Virus record (IMG/VR): IMGVR_UViG_2880152234_000004 | Location: 77,871-141,870 of that record | DNA length: 64,000 nt | Origin: a virus | Lineage: Duplodnaviria > Caudoviricetes | Reading direction: 5' to 3' (one strand) | Shown: positions 19,794 to 31,659 of the stretch, in pieces | How positions within the stretch are numbered: the stretch's first letter is position 1 | Layout of the letters: each line of letters opens with the position of its first letter | Notes under the pieces: model-generated | Databases searched by the model: none | What the model was told of the DNA's origin: nothing | Seen by the model: the letters and a program-made list of their open reading frames with translations, nothing else | Program-made: the position numbers and the translations under genes

Positions 19794-20420
19794 ATGATTT
19801 GGGCAATTATTTTGGTTTTGGGGATTGGAGCTTTTTTTATAATTGGATCTCTTGGTATAGATAAACAAAAAGAGGAGGAAAAACAAAGGTTAAACAAAAT
19901 TGAATCTGCCGGGAACTTCTCTTCCCAGCACAGATATGTTCTCAATCCCGATAAAAATAAAAAATTAACTTTAAAAGAGTCTGAAAATAAGTTTATTGTT
20001 CATCAGTTTAAATCAAACAATGATCTTGAAGAAATGGTTATTCCATTCGATAAAATTATTGAAGCTGAAATTTCTATTGATGATACTTCAATATCAACTG
20101 TATCTAGAGGTAGTCAAATGGCAGGTACAGTTGTCGGCGGGCTTGCTGCAGGCGGTATTGGTGCTCTTATTGGAGGGTTATCATCAAACAGAACTGAGTC
20201 GAAACAATTTAGAAAAATTGACCTTAAATTAAAACTTGATGATTTTTCAAATCCTATATTTAAACTAGAATTTTTGCCAAGTAAAAATGATCTTGGTTTA
20301 GAAAATACTAAAGGATTTAAACAAGATGACCAAAAAGTTAAAGAAGCCTTATCGAATGTTGAAATTTGGCAAGGGATTATGGAAATAGCAATACGCAAAG
20401 GGAGTAAAGTCGCTCAATAG
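19794..20420 (+). CDS. YomJ-like membrane-anchored protein (candidate superinfection exclusion)
   Basis: N-terminal TM, GGLAAGGIGALIGGLSS glycine zipper, C-terminal KVAQ; own TGnTATAAT at 19757-19765 and terminator. Confidence 0.7.
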   Translation: MIWAIILVLGIGAFFIIGSLGIDKQKEEEKQRLNKIESAGNFSSQHRYVLNPDKNKKLTLKESENKFIVHQFKSNNDLEEMVIPFDKIIEAEISIDDTSISTVSRGSQMAGTVVGGLAAGGIGALIGGLSSNRTESKQFRKIDLKLKLDDFSNPIFKLEFLPSKNDLGLENTKGFKQDDQKVKEALSNVEIWQGIMEIAIRKGSKVAQ

Positions 20421-20440
20421 CTGAGTGGCTTTTTTATTTT
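20407..20440 (+). terminator. Intrinsic terminator after yomJ-like gene
   Basis: AAGTCGCTCA/TGAGTGGCTT stem plus T-run. Confidence 0.75.
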
Positions 20441-20474
20441 CCTCCCTCCCCTACTGAAAGGAAGTGATTCTTAC

Positions 20475-23400
20475 TTGAGTCAAAACCTCAAAATCATATT
20501 AACCCCGCAAGCTGATACGTCATCAAAAACTGTCGAACAGTTAAATCAGCAAATCAAATCTTTAGAAAAAAAGCTTAACTCCCTCAAACTCAACACAAAT
20601 ATTGATTCTAAAACCTTAAAAGCTCTGCAAGAATTCTCTTCTGCTGTAGATGCGTATCAAAAAAATCTAAGCTCTTATAATCAAACAGTAAAAGAAACGT
20701 CCACAGTAATTAAGAATGCTGATGGATCAGTTGAAAAGCTCACCCAGCAATACAAGAAAAACGGTGAGATTCTTCAACGTGAAACGAAAATAATCAATAA
20801 TCGTAATGCTGCTCTAAGGCAAGAAACTCAAGAGATTAACAAACTCGCTCAAGCTACTGAAAAACTAGGTCAAGTACAAAAAAAGACCGAACAAAAGAAC
20901 TTACAGGGTCAAACCACTAAGGTTGTACAGAAAAATCGTAACGGTTTTGAAGACATTGTTTATACGACTGACCCTAAAACTAATGCAACTTCATCAAGAA
21001 CTACAACTAATTATGATCAGCAACGGAAAGCAGTTGAACAACTAAACCAGAGCCTAGAAAAGTTGAGAGAAAAAGGACTAGTCTCTTCCCAAGTGCTCAC
21101 TCGTCTCTCGACTTCAATTAATGGTGCACAAACAGCTTCTCATATTGATCAAATTGCTAACCGTATTAAGCGTCTTGATGATTCATCCACCGCTAAAGCA
21201 AAAACAAAAGAACTTGAGCATCAAGTTCAATTATATCAACGTCAAGCGCAAATAAATGTTCAAAACCTCAATACTCGTTACGGCAGTTCACTTAGCACTG
21301 CTAACTCCTCTGTCCTGCAGAATTATCTCAACTCAGTAAACCAACTCTCGGCAAGAACTCCTAATTTAAGAACACAGATGCAGAATCTAAACATGCAATT
21401 CAGAGAAGTATCTGCAAATGCATCCTCTGCCTCTAGCAATGTTTCAGGTTTTGGGGAACAATTAACACAGTCATTCAGCCGTATGCCCGCATATTTTCTG
21501 AGTGGGACAATATTCTATTCGGGCATTCAAGCATTGAAATCGATGGTGGATCAGGTTATTCAGATTGACACACTTATGACTAATATTCGCCGGGTTATGA
21601 ACGAGCCTGATTACAAGTTTAATGAACTCCTTAAGTCTTCAATTGCTCTAGGTGATCAGCTTTCAAATAAAATTTCAGATATACTTGAAATCACTGGTTC
21701 ATTTGGGAGAATGGGATATGATGAATCTGAACTTGGTGACGTAACTAAAACTGCTCAAATATTACAGAACATCTCAGATTTAAATCCTACTGATACAGTA
21801 AACACTTTAACAGCAGCAATGCTTAACTTTAATGTAGCAGCCGGTGATTCTATATCGATTGCGGATAAGTTGAATGAAGTCGATAACAATTATGCAGTAA
21901 GTACCTTAGATCTTGCAAACAGTATTAGAAAGGCAGGCTCTACAGCTTCTACTTTCGGTGTAGAATTAAACGACTTAATTGGGTATACAACAGCAATTGC
22001 TAGTACTACTCGTGAATCCGGGAATATTGTTGGTAACTCATTAAAGACGATTTTTGCTCGTATTGGTAATAACCAGAGTTCAATCAAAGCATTAGAACAG
22101 ATCGGTATCTCAGTAAAAACAGCTGGTGGTGAAGCTAAGTCTTCAAGTGAATTAATTGATGAACTCGCTGAAAAATGGGACACGCTCTCTGATGCCCAAA
22201 AACAAAATACATCAATAGGCGTTGCGGGTATTTATCAATTGTCTCGTTTTAACGCAATGATGAATAACTTCTCCATTGCCCAAAGTGCCGCTAATACTGC
22301 CACTAATTCAGTCGGTAGCTCATGGAAAGAACAACAAAAATATGCCGATAGCTTGCAAGCTAGAGTCAATCGTTTATCCAATGCTTTTACAGAAATGTCT
22401 GTGGCATCAGGTGAAGCGTTAATATCTGATAGTATCGTAGTGTTCGCAGATGCATTAAAAAGTTTGATGCAATTAAGTGCGCAAGTAACCAAGTCCGTTG
22501 GATTACTTCCACAAGTATTTGGAGCAGCAACAGCTTCAGTTATATTATTTAACTCTTCACTTCGTGCAAGTGCTTTAACTTCAGGCACTGCAATGGGTGC
22601 AGCTCTAAAAAATCTTATTCTTAATTTTAATACTTTTACGGTTGGAGTGACAGCAGCTTCAGCCAAAACAGCAATTTGGAGTAAAATCACCGCTGCTTTT
22701 TCAACTTCAATCACAAGCTTAAAAAAGGCCGCAATGACTACTGGAGCTTTCTTAGCTGGTAGCTTCCTACCTATGGCAGCAATGATGGCCTTTGGTGTTG
22801 TTATTGAGAAGCTAATATCCTCATACTCCAAATTAAAACAAGCTCGAGAAGATTTCGAACAAGCTAAGATAACAAGTATTGAAGCTATAACAACAAACAA
22901 AGACTCAACGGATAAGTTAATTGCTCAATACAAAGAATTACAAAAAGCAAAGGAATCTGGAACCCTTAGTTCTGAAAAAGAGCAAGAATACCTTCAAGTT
23001 ACACAACAACTAGCTCAGACTTTCCCAAATTTAATTGCAGGATACGATTCACAAGGTCAAGCAATAATCAAAAACAATGACGCTCTAAAAGAAGCTATTC
23101 AATATACTAAAGAACTAGCAGATCTTAATAAAGAAGATATTAAGACTGGTGCAAAAAGCAACTTTAAAGAGAGTTTAAAAGATATTGAAAAGCTAAATGA
23201 TAAAATTGAGCAGTATAAACAAATTGCTGATTATTATAAAGACGGAAAAAGCTGGGATATTTTTTCTTCAGATAATGATAAAAAGAACCAAGGGATTAAA
23301 GCTGAACAAGACGCTCTACGCACTGAACAGGAACTGTCTAGCTCCCAGGCTAAAATCAGAGAACAAGTACTTCAAACTGTCGATGCGTTCAACTCAGTAA

Positions 23401-26400
23401 AGATCAATCCAAACCTCTCTAAACAAATTAATGATGCATTTAATAAAATTGATTTCAGTAAAATGAACCCTGATGAGCTTGAGTCATTTTCGATTAATGT
23501 AGCAAACTATATGGACGAGATACAAAGAGCTCTTCAATCAGGCAACAAAGATAACTTCTCAAAAGCTTCACAAGGGCTTGAACTGCTTATAAATCAAGCT
23601 ATGAGTGGCAAAGACAAAAATAATGGTCTTGTGCTCTCTTATGGAGATCTTAAAGATGCTATTGACTCAGCAAACAATTCAGCAGAAGCATCTAAAGTAA
23701 CATGGGACGAAAATGGAGAAGGTGTTGATGCTTTAGGAGAATCTATTGGCACCCTGTCTGACAAGCTAAAAGATGCTAAAGGTGACTTTGAAGCAATTAG
23801 CTCTATTATAAGTGACCTTGTTAAATCTAAACAAAATGATTTAGCTATTTCGGCAATGCAAAATGATGCTTATAATGCTATGGCTGATAACATCTCCCCT
23901 TTAAATGAATTACTTGAGAAAATGGCGAAGGGTAAAAGTTTATCAGCTACAGAAGCTATGAAGCTTATACAGAAAGAAAACGATCTTGCAGGTGCTATTT
24001 CAGTAGAAAATGGCGTTGTAAAAATAAATAGAAATGCAGTTGTTAAGCTTCGTGACACAAAACTAAAAGCGTACAATGATATGCAGCAGTCTGTTAAGCA
24101 GGATCTAATAAATCAAGCTAATGCTTTAAACAAAAAGATTAATATGTATAAATCTGAAGTTAAAGCGATCAAGACCGTTCAAGATGCTTATAATATGAAG
24201 TCAGATATTGAAAAACAAAAGCAAAAAATTCTTGATGAAATGAAAAAAGGTAATGGTGGAGCAATTCAATACCTTCCTAAAACTCAAGAAGATTTAAATC
24301 AAGTTACTGATATTACAGATCAACTTAAAGAACTTGATAAATTAGCTGATTTAGCCTCTTCTTCCCTTTCAGAGACTGGCACATCAATGGAAGGCATGTC
24401 TTCATCTGCAGAAAAAGCTTCTGAAGAAGTAAAAACTTCAATGTATGTTGCTGATAAATACAAGGAGGCATTAGAAAAAGTTAATGCCGAAATTGACAAG
24501 TATAACAAACGGGTCAATGATTATCCGAAGTATTCTCAGAAATATAGAGATGCGATTAAAAAAGAGATAAAAGCTCTACAACAAAAGAAAAAGCTTATGC
24601 AGGAACAAGCTAAGCTGCTTAAAGATCAAATTAAATCCGGTAACATTACGCAATATGGTATTGTAACCTCCACAACTTCATCTGGCGGAACCTCCTCTTC
24701 AACTGGTGGCTCATATACAGGAAAGTATTCAAGCTACATAAATTCTGCAGCTAGTAAATACAATGTTGACCCTGCCCTTATTGCAGCTGTAATTCAGCAA
24801 GAATCAGGGTTCAATGCTAAAGCACGATCTGGCGTAGGCGCTATGGGACTAATGCAACTGATGCCAGCAACAGCAAAAAGATTAGGGGTAAATAACGCTT
24901 ACGATCCTTATCAAAATGTTATGGGTGGAACCAAATATCTTGCCCAACAGCTTGAAAAGTTTGGCGGTAATGTTGAAAAAGCATTGGCTGCATATAATGC
25001 TGGGCCTGGTAACGTAATTAAATATGGCGGTATCCCTCCTTTTAAAGAAACACAGAATTATGTTAAGAAGATTATGGCCAACTACAGCAAATCCCTCTCC
25101 TCTGCCACTTCTTCAATCGCCAGCTATTATACAAATAATAGCGCTTTTAGGGTAAGCTCCAAATATGGACAACAGGAATCCGGTCTCCGCTCCTCCCCAC
25201 ACAAAGGAACTGATTTTGCTGCAAAAGCAGGTACAGCAATTAAATCTCTTCAAAGTGGTAAAGTCCAAATTGCTGGCTACAGTAAAACTGCAGGTAACTG
25301 GGTTGTTATTAAACAGGATGATGGAACAGTTGCCAAGTACATGCACATGCTTAACACTCCTTCTGTAAAAGCAGGTCAATCAGTTAAAGCCGGTCAAACT
25401 ATTGGTAAAGTTGGTAGCACAGGGAACTCAACTGGGAACCACCTTCATCTACAAATCGAACAAAATGGGAAAACAATCGATCCTGAAAAGTACATGCAAG
25501 GTATTGGAACTTCTATTTCAGATGCGTCACAAGCTGAGGCAGAACGGCAACAAGGGATAGCACAGGCTAAATCTGATCTTCTCTCCCTCCAAGGAGATAT
25601 CAGTTCAGTCAATGATCAGATTCAAGAACTTCAGTATGAGCTAGTTCAATCTAAACTCGATGAGTTTGATAAAAGAATTGGGGATTTTGATGTTCGGATA
25701 GCTAAAGATGAATCAATGGCTAACCGATACACTTCTGACAGCAAGGAATTCCGCAAATACACCTCTGATCAGAAAAAAGCTGTAGCAGAGCAAGCTAAAA
25801 TTCAACAACAAAAAGTTAACTGGATTCAAAATGAAATAAAAACAAATAAAGCATTGAATTCTGCTCAACGTGCTCAGCTTCGAGAAGAACTTAAACAAGC
25901 CAAGCTAGATTTAATTTCTGTTCAAGACCAGGTACGTGAGCTACAGAAACAACTTGTTCAATCTAAAGTTGATGAAACACTCAAGTCAATTGAAAAGTCA
26001 TCTTCTAAAACCCAAGGGAAAATTAAAGATGTCGATAACAAAATTTCAATGACTGAAGAAGATGAAGACAAGGTTAAGTACTATAGCAAACAGATAAAGC
26101 TCATTCAGCAACAACAAAAGGAAGCCAAAAAATATATCAAACAGCTTGAAGAGCAAAAGAAAGCTGCGAAAGGTTTCCCTGACATTCAGGAACAGATCAC
26201 TGAAGAAATCGAAAACTGGAAAGATAAACAGAAAGATTTCAATCTTGAGCTTTATAACACCAAAAAGTCTATCAAGGATATCTATAAATCCTTAGCTGAT
26301 GAAGTTGTGTCAATCTATAAAGAAATGTACGAAAAGATGCGGGATATTGAGTTAAAAGCGCATCAGAAAGCAACACAAGACTTGATTGATGAGATTGACA

Positions 26401-27353
26401 AAGAAGACGAAGAAGCTAAGTATCAGAAGGAATTGAAGGAGAAAAACCAAGCAATACAGGAAACAAAAAATAAGATTAATAAGCTTTCCATGGACGACTC
26501 CTCTGAGGCTAAATCGCAAGTCAAAGACCTAGAGAAACAGCTTCAAGAACAACAGGAAGCTTTGGATGAGTATATTAAAGACCGTAGCAACACAAAACGT
26601 AAAGAAGCCCTTCAGGATCAGCTTGAAAAAGACGAGGAGTCAATCAACAACAAGTACGATGACCTGGTAAATGATGAACGAGCATTCAAAAAGCTTGAAG
26701 ATAAGCTCATGGATGGTAAAATCACTGATATCGCTAAACAGCTTAATGAATTCACCAAGTTTATAAACGAGAATATGAAGTCTATTGGAAAAAGTATCTC
26801 CAATAATTTGATTGATAAGCTTAAGGACGCTGCCAATGCTTTAAATACAGTTACAACTGGAAATACAACAGGTAAAAAGGTGTCATCATTTGCTTCTGGT
26901 GGATATACAGGCACAGGGCTTGGAGCAGGAAAGCTTGCATTCTTACATGACAAGGAACTTATTTTAAACAAGACAGATACTGAAAACATGCTGAAAGCTG
27001 TAAAACAAGTTCGTCAAACGTCCACTGATAACTCAGTAAAGACTGCCTCTAAATGGGGTCAACCTGGTAAAATTTCTGATGTTTTAAGTAAGAGTATTGC
27101 TCTTGTAACACCTGCTATGAACGCCGCAGTTTCTAGTCAAACAAATCTAACAAAAGGCTTAATTCCAACTCTTAAGAACTTCTCGACCCCTACTGTACCC
27201 CCTTCTACACCTCAAGGGAATACATCAAACAATCAGAACTCATTCACAATTAATGTAACAGAAGCTAGTAATGCTAAAGAGACTGCAAGCTTAGTATACA
27301 AACAATTAGCAAATGGGCTTAAAAATACTGGACTAAATTTCAACATCACATGA
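20475..27353 (+). CDS. cwlP: Tape measure protein with SLT transglycosylase and M23 peptidase domains (CwlP/YomI)
   Basis: 2292 aa; QQESGFN..GAMGLMQLMP..ALAAYNAG (SLT); HKGTD and HLH (M23). Confidence 0.95.
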   Translation: MSQNLKIILTPQADTSSKTVEQLNQQIKSLEKKLNSLKLNTNIDSKTLKALQEFSSAVDAYQKNLSSYNQTVKETSTVIKNADGSVEKLTQQYKKNGEILQRETKIINNRNAALRQETQEINKLAQATEKLGQVQKKTEQKNLQGQTTKVVQKNRNGFEDIVYTTDPKTNATSSRTTTNYDQQRKAVEQLNQSLEKLREKGLVSSQVLTRLSTSINGAQTASHIDQIANRIKRLDDSSTAKAKTKELEHQVQLYQRQAQINVQNLNTRYGSSLSTANSSVLQNYLNSVNQLSARTPNLRTQMQNLNMQFREVSANASSASSNVSGFGEQLTQSFSRMPAYFLSGTIFYSGIQALKSMVDQVIQIDTLMTNIRRVMNEPDYKFNELLKSSIALGDQLSNKISDILEITGSFGRMGYDESELGDVTKTAQILQNISDLNPTDTVNTLTAAMLNFNVAAGDSISIADKLNEVDNNYAVSTLDLANSIRKAGSTASTFGVELNDLIGYTTAIASTTRESGNIVGNSLKTIFARIGNNQSSIKALEQIGISVKTAGGEAKSSSELIDELAEKWDTLSDAQKQNTSIGVAGIYQLSRFNAMMNNFSIAQSAANTATNSVGSSWKEQQKYADSLQARVNRLSNAFTEMSVASGEALISDSIVVFADALKSLMQLSAQVTKSVGLLPQVFGAATASVILFNSSLRASALTSGTAMGAALKNLILNFNTFTVGVTAASAKTAIWSKITAAFSTSITSLKKAAMTTGAFLAGSFLPMAAMMAFGVVIEKLISSYSKLKQAREDFEQAKITSIEAITTNKDSTDKLIAQYKELQKAKESGTLSSEKEQEYLQVTQQLAQTFPNLIAGYDSQGQAIIKNNDALKEAIQYTKELADLNKEDIKTGAKSNFKESLKDIEKLNDKIEQYKQIADYYKDGKSWDIFSSDNDKKNQGIKAEQDALRTEQELSSSQAKIREQVLQTVDAFNSVKINPNLSKQINDAFNKIDFSKMNPDELESFSINVANYMDEIQRALQSGNKDNFSKASQGLELLINQAMSGKDKNNGLVLSYGDLKDAIDSANNSAEASKVTWDENGEGVDALGESIGTLSDKLKDAKGDFEAISSIISDLVKSKQNDLAISAMQNDAYNAMADNISPLNELLEKMAKGKSLSATEAMKLIQKENDLAGAISVENGVVKINRNAVVKLRDTKLKAYNDMQQSVKQDLINQANALNKKINMYKSEVKAIKTVQDAYNMKSDIEKQKQKILDEMKKGNGGAIQYLPKTQEDLNQVTDITDQLKELDKLADLASSSLSETGTSMEGMSSSAEKASEEVKTSMYVADKYKEALEKVNAEIDKYNKRVNDYPKYSQKYRDAIKKEIKALQQKKKLMQEQAKLLKDQIKSGNITQYGIVTSTTSSGGTSSSTGGSYTGKYSSYINSAASKYNVDPALIAAVIQQESGFNAKARSGVGAMGLMQLMPATAKRLGVNNAYDPYQNVMGGTKYLAQQLEKFGGNVEKALAAYNAGPGNVIKYGGIPPFKETQNYVKKIMANYSKSLSSATSSIASYYTNNSAFRVSSKYGQQESGLRSSPHKGTDFAAKAGTAIKSLQSGKVQIAGYSKTAGNWVVIKQDDGTVAKYMHMLNTPSVKAGQSVKAGQTIGKVGSTGNSTGNHLHLQIEQNGKTIDPEKYMQGIGTSISDASQAEAERQQGIAQAKSDLLSLQGDISSVNDQIQELQYELVQSKLDEFDKRIGDFDVRIAKDESMANRYTSDSKEFRKYTSDQKKAVAEQAKIQQQKVNWIQNEIKTNKALNSAQRAQLREELKQAKLDLISVQDQVRELQKQLVQSKVDETLKSIEKSSSKTQGKIKDVDNKISMTEEDEDKVKYYSKQIKLIQQQQKEAKKYIKQLEEQKKAAKGFPDIQEQITEEIENWKDKQKDFNLELYNTKKSIKDIYKSLADEVVSIYKEMYEKMRDIELKAHQKATQDLIDEIDKEDEEAKYQKELKEKNQAIQETKNKINKLSMDDSSEAKSQVKDLEKQLQEQQEALDEYIKDRSNTKRKEALQDQLEKDEESINNKYDDLVNDERAFKKLEDKLMDGKITDIAKQLNEFTKFINENMKSIGKSISNNLIDKLKDAANALNTVTTGNTTGKKVSSFASGGYTGTGLGAGKLAFLHDKELILNKTDTENMLKAVKQVRQTSTDNSVKTASKWGQPGKISDVLSKSIALVTPAMNAAVSSQTNLTKGLIPTLKNFSTPTVPPSTPQGNTSNNQNSFTINVTEASNAKETASLVYKQLANGLKNTGLNFNIT

Positions 27354-27396
27354 GTCGGCTAAGATTGCCGGCTCTATTTATATTGGGGGTGAAAAA

Positions 27397-28158
27397 TTGA
27401 TTAGGCAGAGCCAATATTTCATGTTTGATAACGTAAAGTCGATCGACTACGGTGTGGAAAACGTTAATACAGAGTCTGGATTAGTTGAGGAATCTTTTTT
27501 AGGTTCACGATCAGTTAATGAAACTTATGTAAAAGGAAGATCAGAGCCGTACACTGAAGGCGTCAAAAGAGAATCAAAACAATTCCCTTTAAACTTTTAT
27601 GTTGGTGAAAATTATGATGAGAAAAAAATAAGAGCAATTAAGCGCTGGCTAGATGTCGATGATTACAAACCGTTGGCATTCAGCGAAAATTTAGACATTG
27701 TATATTATGCAATGCCTGTGGATACAAGTGATTTAGTTCATAATGCGGCAAGACATGGATATGTTCGTTTAACAATGAAATGCAACTCCCCTTATGCATA
27801 CAGTCGAAACACAAGTACCCATTCCTTTGATATATCATCAGAAATGAAAATCATTGAACTCCATAATAAAGGCGATGTTGCGATTTACCCCACTGTTGAA
27901 ATTCTTAAAATTGGCGATGGCGATGTGAAAATCGAGAACCTAAGTGATTATACTGACCCCTTTATTTTCAGCAATCTAAAAGACAGAGAAATGGTTAAAG
28001 TGAATGGCGTCAAAGAAATTATTGAATCGTCTTTATATGGGAATGAAAGATATGATGATTTTAATGACAATTATATTAGATTGGATTACGGAAAAAACCG
28101 ATTAAAAGTGACCGGAAAATGCAAAGTGAGATTCACTTTCAGATTTAAGTATCGATAA
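27397..28158 (+). CDS. yomH: Distal tail protein (Dit)
   Basis: 253 aa after tape measure; SPY motif, L.YGKN.L. Confidence 0.82.
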   Translation: MIRQSQYFMFDNVKSIDYGVENVNTESGLVEESFLGSRSVNETYVKGRSEPYTEGVKRESKQFPLNFYVGENYDEKKIRAIKRWLDVDDYKPLAFSENLDIVYYAMPVDTSDLVHNAARHGYVRLTMKCNSPYAYSRNTSTHSFDISSEMKIIELHNKGDVAIYPTVEILKIGDGDVKIENLSDYTDPFIFSNLKDREMVKVNGVKEIIESSLYGNERYDDFNDNYIRLDYGKNRLKVTGKCKVRFTFRFKYR

Positions 28159-28170
28159 GAAGGTGAAAAA

Positions 28171-30813
28171 TTGATAACTATTCGCAAGGACACAGAAATA
28201 AAAAACATACGCTTATCCCTTGCTAAGCCAGACAAGACTAAAATAGCCAACATTGATGAAGTTCTGAATCCAACTGTAACTTTAAATCATGGAAGCAGCG
28301 TGCACGAACTCTCCTTCTCTATTCCGCTTAAAGCAACCTATGATGGCATAATTAAAAGAAACCATGTTGTAGATTTACTCAAACCCTGGTATTTAATTAA
28401 AACTGAATTTTACGGACTTACTGTTTGGTTTATTATTACTAAAAGAACTAAGTCACACAGTAGCGATATGGATACAATACAAGTTGAATGTAGGTCACTT
28501 CAACATGAATTAAGCAGAATGAGCGTTCTTAAATATGAGGAGACGTCTAAAAACCTGCAGGAAGTAGTTACAGACTGCTTAAAACATACAAGCTGGACGA
28601 TTGGATACATAGATACTCTCTTTAACATAAAACGAAGACAGTTTGATGTATCATCGACTAACAAGCTTGATTTCTTATATTCAATTTGCGAAAAGTTCGA
28701 TACAATTCCAGTCTTTGATACAGTAAAAGAAACTGTAAGCTTCTATAAAGAATCTGACATTTCCAAATACAAAGGCCTTAAACTTAACCCCCGACTGTAT
28801 ATGATTAGCATGGACGATTCGGATGATGCAGATGAATTAATAACAAGACTATATGCTACTGGAAAAGATGGTATCGGTATTAATTCAGTGAACCCAACTG
28901 GACAATCCTACATTGATGACTTTTCTTATTTCCTCTTCCCCTTTCAACGTGACCAACAACGAAATGTTATTTCCCAAAGTGCCTATATGCCAGATGAACT
29001 TTGTCATGCAATTCTTGATTACAATGACCTTGTTAATAACGAAGGAAATGCGTTTAATAAACTCCTCACACAAAAGAACGAAGCTGAAATTAGTTTAACC
29101 GAATTGAATAATGAGCTTTACACCCTTGACCTTGAAGTCCAAAAGCTATTAGATCGAATTGAAGTTGCGAAGAAATCTGGAGATGACACAAGTCAACTGA
29201 AAGCTCAACTCGCCATAAAGCAGAAAGCAGTAGTAGAAAAGAAAAACCAAATTGCTACGATTGAATCAACAATTTCTCAAATATCTGCTTCAATTTCCAA
29301 GCTTAAAAAAAAGCTTTCTTTTGAGAACAATTTTAGTGAAAATCAGCAAAAACTGCTCTCACGTTTCATTTCAACAACTGAATGGTCAAATGACAGCATC
29401 TATGACGAGAATGAACTTTATGATGATGCTAATGAAGAACTTGAAAGTCGCAATACACCGCCAGTGAATGTAACACTAGATATAGTGAACTTTTTTAACT
29501 GTCTTAGTGAAAAACATAACTGGGATAGGCTCAGTTTAGGAGACATAGTACGAGTTCAACAGAATGATTTAAATACCGATATTAAAGCCATACTTTCAGC
29601 AATAACAATTGATTTTGAACAATCAAATATTAGTGTCACAGTTACAAATGGAAAAAGAGTTCAATCTGATTTTGAGAAAATCATAAAGACTGTTTACAGA
29701 ACAAACAAAATAAGTACTGAACTAAATAAAAGAAAGATCGAATGGGACAAAGCAACTGAAAACTTCAATATTCGAAATGACAGAATTTCAGTGCCGCCGG
29801 CCTCCCCTGCTATTGCTTCTGATGGCACTGCAATTACCCATAAGGTAAATGATAACGGGTCAGTTGATATTACCATTCAGTGGGACTATGTTGATTCCGA
29901 TGAGGACAAATACAACATCGATGGATTTGAGATTTACTTGCACGGTAGTGATGACAATGAAGAGTACACATTTGGCTCAGTGCAAGCTAGCGAGAACTTA
30001 CAAAATGTTAAATATGACAGACGCACAGCCACTTTTACGGGATTACCTTCAAATATGTTCTACACTATTGGTGTTCAAGCTTATCGAAGAGTTGATGCGG
30101 ATATAGACATAAATCAGATTCTTCTTTCGGATATAGTTAAATCGAATCATCCTTCTGAAAACCCCTACCTCCCTTCTCCTTCTGTTGAAGTTAAAGGAAG
30201 CCTTAGTGGAAAAGTTAATGGCCTCTATACAATCTCTACAGAAACAAAGCCTGAAATCCCTGAGGCAGGAACAATTTGGATTGATCCCAAAACAAATAAA
30301 CAAGAGCTTTTTAACGGCGAACAATGGATTGTCTCTTCCTCTGGCTCGGCAGACTCCTTGAACGGATACATAGCATCAACAACTAACTTTCCAAATTCTA
30401 TACCTGTTCGTAATGACTCAGGTGTAATTAATGCCTCTATTGATGGGAATGCAGAATCATTAGGTGGCAGATTAGCCTCAGAATATGCTCTAGTTGAAAG
30501 CATTCCAGTCACACCCAAGTTTGCTAAAGGAACTTATATTGGTGATGGGACTACGAGCAAACTAATCCCTCTCACCTTTTCTCCAGACATGGTCAAGATT
30601 ACACCTATCTCTTCTGAGGATAGCCAGTTGGTTATTGAAAGCTCTTCTGGAGGCTATGCATATCAAATAACTTCTTCTGGACTCTCTTTAATAGGAGGAG
30701 ATTTAAGTTATGGTGCCTTGGGAGACAAATTATTTGTAACTGGATCTGATGCTAATTGTAGAGGAAATAAATTAAACGTCAAATATATTTGGGAAGCATA
30801 CCAACAAAATTAA
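28171..30813 (+). CDS. yomG: Tail tip/hub protein (Tal-like) with FN3-like domain
   Basis: 880 aa; [20 protein letters not shown] motifs. Confidence 0.85.
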   Translation: MITIRKDTEIKNIRLSLAKPDKTKIANIDEVLNPTVTLNHGSSVHELSFSIPLKATYDGIIKRNHVVDLLKPWYLIKTEFYGLTVWFIITKRTKSHSSDMDTIQVECRSLQHELSRMSVLKYEETSKNLQEVVTDCLKHTSWTIGYIDTLFNIKRRQFDVSSTNKLDFLYSICEKFDTIPVFDTVKETVSFYKESDISKYKGLKLNPRLYMISMDDSDDADELITRLYATGKDGIGINSVNPTGQSYIDDFSYFLFPFQRDQQRNVISQSAYMPDELCHAILDYNDLVNNEGNAFNKLLTQKNEAEISLTELNNELYTLDLEVQKLLDRIEVAKKSGDDTSQLKAQLAIKQKAVVEKKNQIATIESTISQISASISKLKKKLSFENNFSENQQKLLSRFISTTEWSNDSIYDENELYDDANEELESRNTPPVNVTLDIVNFFNCLSEKHNWDRLSLGDIVRVQQNDLNTDIKAILSAITIDFEQSNISVTVTNGKRVQSDFEKIIKTVYRTNKISTELNKRKIEWDKATENFNIRNDRISVPPASPAIASDGTAITHKVNDNGSVDITIQWDYVDSDEDKYNIDGFEIYLHGSDDNEEYTFGSVQASENLQNVKYDRRTATFTGLPSNMFYTIGVQAYRRVDADIDINQILLSDIVKSNHPSENPYLPSPSVEVKGSLSGKVNGLYTISTETKPEIPEAGTIWIDPKTNKQELFNGEQWIVSSSGSADSLNGYIASTTNFPNSIPVRNDSGVINASIDGNAESLGGRLASEYALVESIPVTPKFAKGTYIGDGTTSKLIPLTFSPDMVKITPISSEDSQLVIESSSGGYAYQITSSGLSLIGGDLSYGALGDKLFVTGSDANCRGNKLNVKYIWEAYQQN

Positions 30814-30827
30814 TGGAGGTGATTAAT

Positions 30828-31646
30828 CTGACTGATTTTGCTGAGCTATATAACGATCCGATTTTAAGCAAAAAAAGAAAAGGAACAGTTGAAGATCCCT
30901 ACTTAACATATAATGAATCACTTACGGTTTACAATGGTAGAGTTCTTCTAACTGAAGTTCCCAACCGTGAATTCCGGGTCGAAGTTATTGGCGATAACAA
31001 AGAATGGCGAGAAATTGAAGATGGTGAACTTGAAAACAACTATTTTAAAGTTGATTACCTAATGGGTGTTGTATTTTTCAAGGCTACAAATGAAGGAAAA
31101 TCGCTTACATTCAAATATAGTGGCGAAGGAGCCTCCTTCTTCCCTGCCTCTCGAATTTGGATTAAACGCCAAGGAAACATGGTTGTCGAAACTCTTCAGG
31201 GGCTTATTGATGAAGCCGAAGATGCAATTATTCGAATGAATGAGCGAATTGCTGAATGTGAGCGTGTTACAAAACGCTGTATTGAAATTACAAACTGGTG
31301 TAGACAAGCTACCTCTGATTATGAGTATGTTGTTGAAAACACCAGAAAAATATATCTGCCAATGGTTTATACATATAGCGATTTATTGAACACCTACCCT
31401 ACCCCTCAAATAGGATGGGTTGTCACGGTTAAAGAATCAGGAATTGAGTATCGATGGGATGGCTTTGACTGGATTAATATTAGTATTTCAGATCAGTTTG
31501 ATGGCTATGATGTTGTTTGCAGTTATATTGAACCTTATAACATAAGAACAATATGGCTTAGAACAAATAATGCACCAGTGAAAAAACGAGTAAAGACTTC
31601 TGTAGAGACTCCTGATGGCAGCATGATTTGGATTCGCAGAAGTTAA
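30828..31646 (+). CDS. yomF: Baseplate/tail protein with probable CTG start
   Basis: GGAGGTG at 30815-30821 then CTG 30828 ((M)TDFAELYNDP). Confidence 0.75.
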   Translation: MTDFAELYNDPILSKKRKGTVEDPYLTYNESLTVYNGRVLLTEVPNREFRVEVIGDNKEWREIEDGELENNYFKVDYLMGVVFFKATNEGKSLTFKYSGEGASFFPASRIWIKRQGNMVVETLQGLIDEAEDAIIRMNERIAECERVTKRCIEITNWCRQATSDYEYVVENTRKIYLPMVYTYSDLLNTYPTPQIGWVVTVKESGIEYRWDGFDWINISISDQFDGYDVVCSYIEPYNIRTIWLRTNNAPVKKRVKTSVETPDGSMIWIRRS

Positions 31647-31659
31647 AGGAGGTTACATA

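Noticed and set aside
21890-26989. Antisense ORFs within cwlP (e.g. 22235-22900) and similar shadow ORFs throughout the track
   Set aside because: In-register antisense shadows of long genes, with no RBS and no protein-like motifs
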